Below, one piece after another: positions 15,858 to 24,227 of a stretch of 27,899 nt of DNA. Where the stretch lies: positions 1 through 27,899 of the forward strand of contig CAZMGA010000009.1 in assembly GCA_964565725.1 (NCBI GenBank), read 5' to 3'. This DNA is from an uncultured archaeon (GTDB taxonomy: Archaea > Iainarchaeota > Iainarchaeia > Iainarchaeales > 0-14-0-20-30-16). A model generated the notes under the pieces. The model was given only the letters and a program-made list of their open reading frames with translations. It had not been told where the DNA came from and ran no database searches. Numbering within the stretch: position 1 is the stretch's first letter; each line of letters begins with the position of its first letter. Position numbers and translations under genes: made by a program.

Positions 15858-18127
15858 ATGTTATGATTGAAAATCAACAAGATGTAAATATTGGGGCCTT
15901 ATACAAAGGTATAAAAACAGAAGGTAATAGACAAGAAGATTTAATTAAACCTGAAGATGTTAAGGATCCTAAATATGTAAGTTGGGCAAAATTAGCATAT
16001 AAAAAATTTCCTAACTTTTCTAAAAGTAATTTACATTTAAGCGTTAAAGATGCTGTTTTGTTTTTGGGCTGGAAATTAAAACCAGAAGAATATAATGCAC
16101 TAATAATGACTGTGACAATTTTAGGTTTAGGGGCTTTATTATTTTTAACAATTTTAATTTATATAATATCTACATTTGTTTTAAGTAAATTTACCGATAT
16201 TAAAATTTCTTCTAATTTTATAACTTTAATTTTCTTTTTTGTTTTTGGAATAATTTTGCTTTTTGTAATTTTACATTTGAAAAATTATCCTAAAATTGAG
16301 GCTGAAAAAGAACAAAGAAAATCTTTAGCTTATTTGCCAGCAATGGTAGGCTATATGACTATGTATTTAAAATTAGTACCTAATTTAGAAAGAGCAGTAA
16401 TATTTGCTGCAAAACAAGGAGAAGGACATTTGGCAAATGATTTTCGTAAAATATTGTGGGATACTAATTTAGGACTTTATTCTAGTATTTCTGAAGGTTT
16501 AGATTATTTATCATATAAATGGGAAAAATATAGTAAAGATTTTAAAGAAGCAGTAATGATGATAAAATCTGCAATGGTGGAAGATGGAGATGCAAGAAGA
16601 GCTGAACTTCTAGATAAATCTTCTGAAAATTTATTGAGTTCTATTAAGTTAAAAATGGAAACTTATGCAAGAGGATTATCACAACCATCTTTGGTGTTAT
16701 TTTATATTGGTGTGTTATTGCCTTTGTTATTAGTAATAATTTTACCTATTGGTTCTGTATTTGCAAAATTGCCTTTTGCAAACCCATGGATTTTAGCATT
16801 ACTTTATGATGTTGCAATACCTGTTTTTGTATTTTTATATGGTAAAAAAATATCTAGAACTGTACCATTATTATATAAACCTCCAGTAATTTCTGATGAT
16901 TATAAAGGTTTACCAAAAAAAAATCATTTTAGAATTGGAAAATTAGAAGTTAATTTATATGTTTTTTTAGGCCTTATTTTTATTATTGGTTTGGCTATTT
17001 TAATTTTTGCACATATTCAATTTGGTAATACTATAGAAAATGTAATGATAAAAGAACAATTTGCACAACAATACATAGATAATCCTGATTCGTATTTTGA
17101 GATGTTGGCAAATAATTATATTAGTTCTGCAAACTTAAAAGTTGCAGAAGGTTCTGCAAGATATAAAGAAATTGTAGCATCACAAAAATTAATGTTTTCT
17201 TTACAACCAGAGCATGATACCACCCCCTATATTATATTATATGGTTTAGCAATATTATCTGCAATAATAATTTTTTTGTGGGGTTATTTTAGCTCGAAAT
17301 ATAAATTAAAAATTCAAAAATATTATATGGATATGGAAGAAAATTTTAGAGAAGTATTGTATATTTTAGCGTCACGTTTAAGTGAAGGTAAACCAATGGA
17401 AACTGCTTTGAGAGAAACAAAAGAATTTTTTCCAAATTTAGTAATTTCTCAAGATTTTTTAGCTAAAACATTAGATAATATAAATTTGTTAAGTATGCCT
17501 TTAGATCAAGCTTTATTTGATCCTATGTTTGGATCTTTAAAAAATAATCCATCTTTATTAATTAAAAATAATATGAAAATTATAGCTGATTCTTCATCAT
17601 TAGGCGTATCAACAGTTTCAAAAACAATTTTATCTATTTCAATGCAATTAAAAAATATTGAAGATATTAGATTAACTGTGCAAAAGTTAACTGATGATGT
17701 TAGACAAATGATGACTACCATGGCATCAATTATTGCTCCAGCTGTTTTAGGAATGGTTTCAGCAATACAAAAAGTAGTAATATTAACTTTAAGTTCTATG
17801 GGCTCTAGTGGTGGTTTAACATCTTCTAGTAGTACTTCTGATTTAATAAAAAGTTCTACTGCAAATAGTGGTTTGAAAGGTATTGATCCTTCTGCTTTGA
17901 TGAGTTCTATAGATACGTCTTCAATAGGGTCTATGGCTACTCCATTTCAATTTAATATAATATTATTAATTGATTTAATTTTAATTGTTTTTGGATTAAT
18001 TTATTTTATTAGTAAGGTTCAATCAGATAGTGATATTGATTTAAAAATTAATATTTATAAATTATTGCCTATTGCAATTATTGTTTTTGTATTATCATCT
18101 GCTGGGGCATCTATATTGTTAGGGTGA
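15854..18127 (+). CDS. TadC/FlaJ-like membrane protein with two T2SSF-type regions
   Basis: Overlaps the ATPase gene. Multiple TM segments; repeated pattern MTMYLKLVPNLERAVIFAAKQGEG and LYILASRLSEGKPMETALRETKEFFPN, followed by long TM blocks. Confidence 0.88.
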   Translation: MNVMIENQQDVNIGALYKGIKTEGNRQEDLIKPEDVKDPKYVSWAKLAYKKFPNFSKSNLHLSVKDAVLFLGWKLKPEEYNALIMTVTILGLGALLFLTILIYIISTFVLSKFTDIKISSNFITLIFFFVFGIILLFVILHLKNYPKIEAEKEQRKSLAYLPAMVGYMTMYLKLVPNLERAVIFAAKQGEGHLANDFRKILWDTNLGLYSSISEGLDYLSYKWEKYSKDFKEAVMMIKSAMVEDGDARRAELLDKSSENLLSSIKLKMETYARGLSQPSLVLFYIGVLLPLLLVIILPIGSVFAKLPFANPWILALLYDVAIPVFVFLYGKKISRTVPLLYKPPVISDDYKGLPKKNHFRIGKLEVNLYVFLGLIFIIGLAILIFAHIQFGNTIENVMIKEQFAQQYIDNPDSYFEMLANNYISSANLKVAEGSARYKEIVASQKLMFSLQPEHDTTPYIILYGLAILSAIIIFLWGYFSSKYKLKIQKYYMDMEENFREVLYILASRLSEGKPMETALRETKEFFPNLVISQDFLAKTLDNINLLSMPLDQALFDPMFGSLKNNPSLLIKNNMKIIADSSSLGVSTVSKTILSISMQLKNIEDIRLTVQKLTDDVRQMMTTMASIIAPAVLGMVSAIQKVVILTLSSMGSSGGLTSSSSTSDLIKSSTANSGLKGIDPSALMSSIDTSSIGSMATPFQFNIILLIDLILIVFGLIYFISKVQSDSDIDLKINIYKLLPIAIIVFVLSSAGASILLG

Positions 18128-18131
18128 AATT

Positions 18132-18584
18132 TTGTATAACAATAAAGGACAGGCAGGAAGTGTTTTTAAATTATTAATTGGAGCAGTAGTTGGTGTAGGA
18201 ATAATAGGAATAATTATTTCAATTATTATGATTGTAGACGATCAAAAAACATATTTAGTTTCACAAGCATTTCAATCTAAAATTGAAATGGCTATTAAAA
18301 ATCCAACAGGTCAAGAATATTATATAAACGATTATTCTTTTGAAAAAAGTAATGTTTTGGTACCTTTAGCTTTAGCTGAAAAAACAGGTTTAAATGCATC
18401 AAGTATTGAATTAAAAATAGATGAAAAATTATCAAGCAATTCATCAATTAAATTAGAAAATGGTATGATTTATTTTTTAAAAAAAATAATTGTAGATATA
18501 GGGGTTATTTGTACTTTAAAAGATAATACAGTTTCTTGTACTATAACAATTTATGATAGAGGTTGCGAAAAATGCAAAGGGTGA
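18132..18584 (+). CDS. Pilin-like / secreted small protein with class III-like signal sequence
   Basis: TTG start preceded by AGGGTGA. MYNNKGQAGSVFKLLIGAVVGVGIIGIIISIIMIV is a short charged leader, a G|Q site and a hydrophobic stretch. Immediately downstream of ATPase/TadC. Confidence 0.6.
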   Translation: MYNNKGQAGSVFKLLIGAVVGVGIIGIIISIIMIVDDQKTYLVSQAFQSKIEMAIKNPTGQEYYINDYSFEKSNVLVPLALAEKTGLNASSIELKIDEKLSSNSSIKLENGMIYFLKKIIVDIGVICTLKDNTVSCTITIYDRGCEKCKG

Positions 18585-18588
18585 AATT

Positions 18589-19008
18589 ATGGATATAGAA
18601 GTTAGTTGTATTGTAAATATTAATAATAATATTGCGCTTATAAAAACAGAATCTGGTTATTTATTGCCAAATAAAAAATTAGAGGATTCAGAATTATTAA
18701 AAGAGGCTGTAATTAAAGCAGTTAAAGAAGAAACAAATTTAGATGTTATTCCTAACGCTATGTTTGGAGTTTATGATAATATAGATAGACGAGATAAAAG
18801 AGTTTTAGGCATATTTTATATTACTCATTTAGATATAAGTAATGAGGATGCAGAAAATATTGTAAAAAATTCAAAAAATAAAGTTGTCTTTTTGCCAATT
18901 ATTGATATAGTTAAAGAAAAATTTTGTTATGATCATGGTTTAGTTTTAAATAATTATTTTAGATTATTAATGTTAGGTTCACAAAGTTTTTCTAACAAGA
19001 AGAATTAA
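18589..19008 (+). CDS. Nudix-fold domain protein with degenerate Nudix box
   Basis: The ORF track starts at 18553, but the AGGGTGAAATTATG context favours the ATG at 18589 (MDIEVSCIVNINNNIALIKTESGYLLPNKKLEDSELLKEAVIKAVKEETNLDV). Confidence 0.7.
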   Translation: MDIEVSCIVNINNNIALIKTESGYLLPNKKLEDSELLKEAVIKAVKEETNLDVIPNAMFGVYDNIDRRDKRVLGIFYITHLDISNEDAENIVKNSKNKVVFLPIIDIVKEKFCYDHGLVLNNYFRLLMLGSQSFSNKKN

Positions 19009-19649
19009 AATAATTTTTTTTGTTTTTCTTTATTTTTTAAATCAATATATGTTTGCCAACTTTTTCTTATAAAATTAGGTGCTAATTTTTCTAATTTAGT
19101 TATAGCTTTTATTGTTATTTCATCTCCAGGATACCCTGAACCCAAATCAAAATTTAATTCTTTAGACATTTTGGCTATATAATTATCTCTATCTACTTTT
19201 GCTAAAATAGATGCTGCAGAAACTATTGGATATTTATCATCAGCTTTATGCTCGGCAATAATTTCTGTATCAAAATCTAAATATGCATATAAAGAATTTT
19301 TATATCTGGATGTATTTAAATCAGGGCAATCTACAAATACTTTTTCAGGTTTGGTTTTCAAATCATTTAATAATTTTGCAGATGTTTTTAATTCTATTAA
19401 ATTTAAAGAATCCTTTTTTCTTAATTCGTCAATTTCATTTGCATCTAACTTATAAATTAAATATTCGTTAACTATTTTTTTAATTTGAGGATATAATTTT
19501 TCTCTTATTTCTTTTGTTAATTGTTTAGAATCTTTTACGCCTAAATCTTTTAATTGTTCTTCTTTTGTAATTTCAATAGTTGTTATTGCCAAAGTCATAG
19601 GTCCTAAAACTGGGCCTCTACCTGCCTCATCAATTCCTGCAATTAACAT
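19005..19649 (-). CDS. rnhB: Ribonuclease HII
   Basis: AGIDEAGRGPVLGPM, VFVDCPD, AEHKADDKYPIVSAASILAKVDRD, DLGSGYPGD. Confidence 0.96.
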   Translation of the reverse strand: MLIAGIDEAGRGPVLGPMTLAITTIEITKEEQLKDLGVKDSKQLTKEIREKLYPQIKKIVNEYLIYKLDANEIDELRKKDSLNLIELKTSAKLLNDLKTKPEKVFVDCPDLNTSRYKNSLYAYLDFDTEIIAEHKADDKYPIVSAASILAKVDRDNYIAKMSKELNFDLGSGYPGDEITIKAITKLEKLAPNFIRKSWQTYIDLKNKEKQKKLF

Positions 19650-20237
19650 TTAAATCCCAAAACCTGCTTTTATATAAATTACACCATATGTTAGAGTTAA
19701 CATTCCTAATAAAGTGGTAATTATTTGAATTGCATTTTGACCTAAAAAACCAATTATTTTTGGTGAAAATCTTAACAACAAGTAAGTTAATAAAAACACA
19801 ATAATTAATGCAAAGCCTGTTGTTACAATTCCAAAATTTGTTGTAGAAACAATAATTGTGGTAATTGTTGCAGGTCCAGTTAATAATGGAGTTCCTATTA
19901 CTGAGGCTATAGCTCTTGCATTTTCTTTAGAATATTCTTTTTCAGTATTTTTATTGGAGGATCTACCTAAAACCATTTGAATTCCTAATAGGCCTAATAT
20001 AACTCCACCACCAATTTGAAAACTTTTCAAATCTACTTGCATAACTTTTAAAACACCTTCTCCAAAAAATAAAAATAATGCTGACAAAACAATTGCGATA
20101 GAAATTGCAATTAAAGCTATTTTATTTCTTTCTTCACTTTTTAATTTTTGAGTTGCAGTATAGAAAATACCTGTGCTCATTAAGGGATCTACAATCACTA
20201 ATAACAATATTACAAGTTCAATTAAATGTTCAAACAA
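19650..20237 (-). CDS. MarC family integral membrane protein
   Basis: IVDPLMSTGIFYTAT, GGGVILGLLGIQMVLG, GTPLLTGPATITTIIV, GQNAIQIITTLLGMLTLTYGV. Confidence 0.88.
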   Translation of the reverse strand: MFEHLIELVILLLVIVDPLMSTGIFYTATQKLKSEERNKIALIAISIAIVLSALFLFFGEGVLKVMQVDLKSFQIGGGVILGLLGIQMVLGRSSNKNTEKEYSKENARAIASVIGTPLLTGPATITTIIVSTTNFGIVTTGFALIIVFLLTYLLLRFSPKIIGFLGQNAIQIITTLLGMLTLTYGVIYIKAGFGI

Positions 20238-20371
20238 ATTAACACCCCTAAGATAATATATTAAATATATTTATTTTTTTATGTAAAAATATTAAAAAAT
20301 CTATAAAAAAAGTTAAAACTTATTTAAAATAAGTATGTTTAACATGCGTTTAAGCAAACTATGAATTCTAA

Positions 20372-20443
20372 CGTCCCGTGCAGGATTCGAACCTGCGACC
20401 TCCCGATTAACAGTCGGACGCACCACCGCTGTGCTAACGGGAC
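20372..20443 (-). tRNA. tRNA-Asn (anticodon GTT), no encoded CCA
   Basis: Reverse complement GTCCCGT-TA-GCAC...TCCGA-CTGTTAA-TCGGG-AGGTC-GCAGG-TTCGAAT-CCTGC-ACGGGAC-G; stems pair and the discriminator is G as expected for Asn. Confidence 0.94.
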
Positions 20444-20470
20444 TAATATTTATTAACTTATAATTTATAG

Positions 20471-20480
20471 TATATAAAAG
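20471..20480 (-). promoter_or_regulatory. Putative TATA box for tRNA-Asn
   Basis: Minus-strand CTTTTATATA about 30 nt upstream of the tRNA 5' end. Confidence 0.45.
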
Positions 20481-20561
20481 TTAGATTTAAAATCCTTATT
20501 TATATAATTTGTAGGGAAATATTTATATATTTATAGATGATATTTTATATGGTGTGATTTT

Positions 20562-21059
20562 ATGTCTAAAATATTTGCAGTATTTTTTGTATTGATATTA
20601 TGTGGAGCTATTTTTTACATTTATAATTTAAATACTTCTAATGTAGGCGTACAAATTGATAAATTGAAAGTTAAATATACTATAGGTTATGATGCATCTC
20701 CTGAAAAAATATTATTATTTTCAGAAGATTTGTCTAATTTATCTAAAACAAAAACAGATTTAGATAAAAAAAGATTAGAATTTGAATCAAAATTGTGGTC
20801 TGGAATCGGCTATGGTAAAGAAATATCTACTTTATTTATTGAGAAAAAAAATCTTACCGATAATTGTGATGATTTAATAAAAGATGCGAAACAAAAAATT
20901 GTTTTGGGTAAAGAAAATATTGAATCTGCAAAAAAAGAATTTTTAATTGTAAAAGACTTATATAATAATGTAGAACAAGAAGAAATAACAGCTAAAATAG
21001 ATAACGTGATTTATTCTTTAGCTATTAGTGAAGATTTGGCATATATAAATTGTCCATAA
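20562..21059 (+). CDS. Hypothetical protein with N-terminal TM segment and helical/coiled-coil-like body
   Basis: MSKIFAVFFVLILCGAIFYIY then Lys/Glu/Leu-rich helices; a GTG/ATG-proximal start region and a TATA-like stretch lie upstream. Confidence 0.6.
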   Translation: MSKIFAVFFVLILCGAIFYIYNLNTSNVGVQIDKLKVKYTIGYDASPEKILLFSEDLSNLSKTKTDLDKKRLEFESKLWSGIGYGKEISTLFIEKKNLTDNCDDLIKDAKQKIVLGKENIESAKKEFLIVKDLYNNVEQEEITAKIDNVIYSLAISEDLAYINCP

Positions 21060-21069
21060 ACTGATTTTA

Positions 21070-21666
21070 ATGTATCAAATAATAAAAAATTTGGCAGAAG
21101 GTGCTGAAGCAAAAATCTTTTTAATAAATTATTTAAATTCAGAATACATTCTTAAAGAAAGAATCTCTAAAAATTATAGAATACAAAAATTAAATGATTT
21201 AATTTTAAAATCCAGAACAAAAAAAGAAGTAAAAATAATTGATAAATTAAAAAATATTGTCAACGTTCCAAAAATAATTTATTTTGATAATACAAAAATA
21301 ATAATGGAATATTTAAAACATAAAGAATTAAAACAATATATTTCTAAAAACCCAGAACTAATTAAAAAATTGGCCAAAGAAGTAATTAAAATGCATAATA
21401 ATGATGTAATACATGGTGATTTAACTCTTTGTAATTTGTTGTATGATGAAATAAATAATAAAATTTATTTTATAGATTTTGGGTTATCTTTTGTTTCTGC
21501 AAAAATTGAAGATAAAGCTATGGATTTGGAAGTATTTAAAGAAATTATACTTGCTGATTTTTCTGAAGATTATTGGAATATTTTTAAAGAAGAATATTCT
21601 AAGGATAATAAACAAATAATTAATCAATTAGAAAAAATAGAAAAAAGAAAAAAATATTTAGGATAG
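21070..21666 (+). CDS. bud32: Bud32 (KEOPS complex) atypical kinase, standalone
   Basis: LAEGAEAKIFLI, YILKERISKNYR, MHNNDVIHGDLTLCNLLYD, KIYFIDFGLSF, EDKAMDLEVFKE. Confidence 0.92.
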   Translation: MYQIIKNLAEGAEAKIFLINYLNSEYILKERISKNYRIQKLNDLILKSRTKKEVKIIDKLKNIVNVPKIIYFDNTKIIMEYLKHKELKQYISKNPELIKKLAKEVIKMHNNDVIHGDLTLCNLLYDEINNKIYFIDFGLSFVSAKIEDKAMDLEVFKEIILADFSEDYWNIFKEEYSKDNKQIINQLEKIEKRKKYLG

Positions 21667-21695
21667 ATATATAAATATAATTTATTGTATTTATT

Positions 21696-23438
21696 GTGGA
21701 CAAATTAAAATATGTTTTATTTTTATTTTTAATATTTATTTTATCTTTTTCGTTAGTTGATGGAAAATCTTATTCTTTAAATAAAGCGAATATAGAAATG
21801 TATATTTTAGATAATGGTAGTATTAATGTATCTGAAGAAATAACTTTCAATTTTGATGGTGATTTTACATTTGCATATAGAGATATTCCTAAAGGTTATT
21901 GGAACATATCTAATATTTCAGTTTATGAAGGAAATAATAATATAAAAACCGAAATATTAAATGAAAGTAATAATATAAGAATAAAGTGGTATTTTAATGC
22001 ATATAATGAATCAAAAACATTTACAATAAAATATAATTTAACTAATGCTATAACAAAATATCAAGATATATCTGAATTAAATTGGAAGATTTGGGGTTCT
22101 GAATGGGATCATTCTTTAAAAGAAATATTTGCAACAATATATTTGCCTTCTAATGTTTCTGACCCCAAAGAAGTTTATACTTTTGGACATCCTGCTTTAA
22201 AAAACAGTAAAATAGGAATGATAAATAATAACAAAATAATTTTACAAGCATTTAATATAAATGCAAATCAATTTGTGGAATTAAGATTATTATTTCCAAA
22301 TTATTTATTAACTTCAAATAATTATGCTAATATTAAAAATGAATTGGGTTTACAAAAAATTATAGATGAAGAAAAAAATTATGGAAAAATAAATTGGCTT
22401 TTGTTTTTTATTATTTGTATAATATATGGATTAAGTATTTTTTTCATTTGGTTTTATTTGTGTAAATCTGAAAAAGTAGATTTTCAAGATGTTTATTTAA
22501 GAGATACACCTTATAATTACAGTCCAGGGGTTGCTAGTTATGTTATAACTATGGGTTTTCCTACTAATAGTATTTCAGCAGAGGTTTTAAATTTGTGTTT
22601 AAAAAAGAAAATGCAAATTGAAAAAATACTTAAAAAGAATTTATGGGGTAAAGATGATTATAAATTTATAATTATAAATTCATCAAATACAAATTTGTCT
22701 TCTAGTGAAAAATATATTTTTGATACTATAAAAACTGCTGCAAATTATAGTTATAAAAATTATCTTTTGTTTAAGAAAGAAGTTAAGGATAATACCCCTA
22801 ATGAAATATTATTATCTGAATTTAAAGAGTATTTGAAAAAGAATGAATCAGGAACTACTACTAATTTTTATATTAGCTGGTGTGAATGTATTAGGGAAGA
22901 TGCAAAAAAAGAAGGTTTTAAAATAAATTTTTTAGGTGTAATATTAATTTTTATATTGTCTATGTTATTTTTAATTTTTAATATTTTTATATTAAAATTA
23001 TATTTTTTTATAATACTTATATTTTTTATGAGTCTAATTTTTATTTCAATTAGACCTAAATTAATGAAACCAAATAAAATTTTAAAATTGCATCATTTAA
23101 AATGGGGGGCATTAAAAAAATATTTAAAAGATTTTTCTGATTTTAATAATAAAGAAGTTATGGATATTAAATTATGGGAAAAGTATTTAGTTTATGCTAT
23201 TCCTTTAGATGTTGCTAAAAAAGTTCAAAAAGACATGAAATTAGTATTCGCTAATTATAATGGAAATATAAAATCTAATATTTTTGTAGGGTTTTCAATA
23301 ACAAATATTTCTGACTTTGTAAATATAAGTAATGATTTTAATACTGCTTTTTCTAGTGCTATGGCTACATCTGGATCTTCCGGTTTTTCTGGTGGTGGTG
23401 GCTCTGGTGGAGGCGGTGGAGGCGGTGGCGCCGGATAA
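21696..23438 (+). CDS. DUF2207-like predicted membrane protein
   Basis: GTG start. Signal/TM at the N-terminus, extracellular beta-rich region (NVSEEITFNFDGDFTFAYRDIPKG...WKIWGSEWDHSLKEIFATIYLP), internal TMs, and Gly-rich C-terminus SGFSGGGGSGGGGGGGGAG. Confidence 0.85.
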   Translation: MDKLKYVLFLFLIFILSFSLVDGKSYSLNKANIEMYILDNGSINVSEEITFNFDGDFTFAYRDIPKGYWNISNISVYEGNNNIKTEILNESNNIRIKWYFNAYNESKTFTIKYNLTNAITKYQDISELNWKIWGSEWDHSLKEIFATIYLPSNVSDPKEVYTFGHPALKNSKIGMINNNKIILQAFNINANQFVELRLLFPNYLLTSNNYANIKNELGLQKIIDEEKNYGKINWLLFFIICIIYGLSIFFIWFYLCKSEKVDFQDVYLRDTPYNYSPGVASYVITMGFPTNSISAEVLNLCLKKKMQIEKILKKNLWGKDDYKFIIINSSNTNLSSSEKYIFDTIKTAANYSYKNYLLFKKEVKDNTPNEILLSEFKEYLKKNESGTTTNFYISWCECIREDAKKEGFKINFLGVILIFILSMLFLIFNIFILKLYFFIILIFFMSLIFISIRPKLMKPNKILKLHHLKWGALKKYLKDFSDFNNKEVMDIKLWEKYLVYAIPLDVAKKVQKDMKLVFANYNGNIKSNIFVGFSITNISDFVNISNDFNTAFSSAMATSGSSGFSGGGGSGGGGGGGGAG

Positions 23439-23509
23439 GTATAAAACCTTTATATACTTTTTGGTTTTAATTATATTATCTAATTTTTATTTTTTTAAGA
23501 GGGGTATGT

Positions 23510-24130
23510 TTGGTTAATAATGATCATAACGAATTAAAGGTTTTAAAAACAGGAACTACAACAGTAGGTTTGAAAACCAATGAATTTGTTATAATTGCTG
23601 CTGATAAACAAAGCACTTTAGGGAATGTAAAAAATTCTATAGTTTGTAAGAAAGTACATCCTATAACAAAAAATGTGGCAATATCTATTGCTGGAAGTGT
23701 AGGGGATGCTTTTCAAATGATTAGAATTTTAAAAATGCAAGCTTCTTTATATGAAAATGAAAGAAATAAAAAAATTAGCGGTAAAGCAGTAGTAACATTA
23801 ACATCTAATATATTAAATTCAAATAGATATTACCCATATATGATTTCTTTTATTGTTGGTGGTTATATTAATTCACCAGAATTATATAGTACTGATGCAG
23901 TAGGTGGTGCTGAAGAAATTGATAATTATACTTCTACAGGTTCTGGTAGTGATTATGCTGTTAGTGTTTTAGATAATAAATATAAAGAAAACTTAACAAA
24001 AGATCAAGCAATTAAATTAGTATGTGAAGCGATAAATGCTTCTAAAAAAAGAGATATTTATACCGGTGGTAAAGGAATAGATTTATTATTTATAGATAAA
24101 AAAGGTATAGAATATCAATATATAGAATAA
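23510..24130 (+). CDS. psmB: Proteasome beta subunit
   Basis: Propeptide then KTG|TTTVGLKTNEFVIIAADKQST (Thr1, Asp17), VCKKVHPI (Lys33 region), ISIAGSVGDAF, GSGSDYAVSVLD. Confidence 0.94.
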   Translation: MVNNDHNELKVLKTGTTTVGLKTNEFVIIAADKQSTLGNVKNSIVCKKVHPITKNVAISIAGSVGDAFQMIRILKMQASLYENERNKKISGKAVVTLTSNILNSNRYYPYMISFIVGGYINSPELYSTDAVGGAEEIDNYTSTGSGSDYAVSVLDNKYKENLTKDQAIKLVCEAINASKKRDIYTGGKGIDLLFIDKKGIEYQYIE

Positions 24131-24227
24131 AACATTTTTAGAAACAATAAATTAAACTATAAATTATAATTTTTAAATATAATATGATTTTTTAAATGAA
24201 CTAGTTTTCGAATTTTAAGTGATGTAA

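Noticed and set aside
12609-17721. Antisense ORFs at 12609..12791, 13684..13881, 14264..14452, 15601..15804 and 17506..17721
   Set aside because: All embedded in conserved genes on the other strand, with no motifs or start context.
20322-20345. ACTTAT-TTAAA-ATAAGT inverted repeat followed on the minus strand by a T-rich tract, downstream of tRNA-Asn
   Set aside because: Could be a terminator, but a 6-bp A/T stem in such AT-rich sequence is weak evidence, and archaeal termination relies mainly on T tracts.
23390-23436. GGTGGTGGC/GGAGGC tandem tract
   Set aside because: This is the Gly-rich C-terminus typical of DUF2207-like proteins and not an independent DNA repeat element.
23332-23517. 61-aa ORF MILILLFLVLWLHLDLPVFLVVVALVEAVEAVAPDKYKTF...
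   Set aside because: Out-of-frame translation of the 3' end and Gly-repeat of the DUF2207 gene; no independent coding support.
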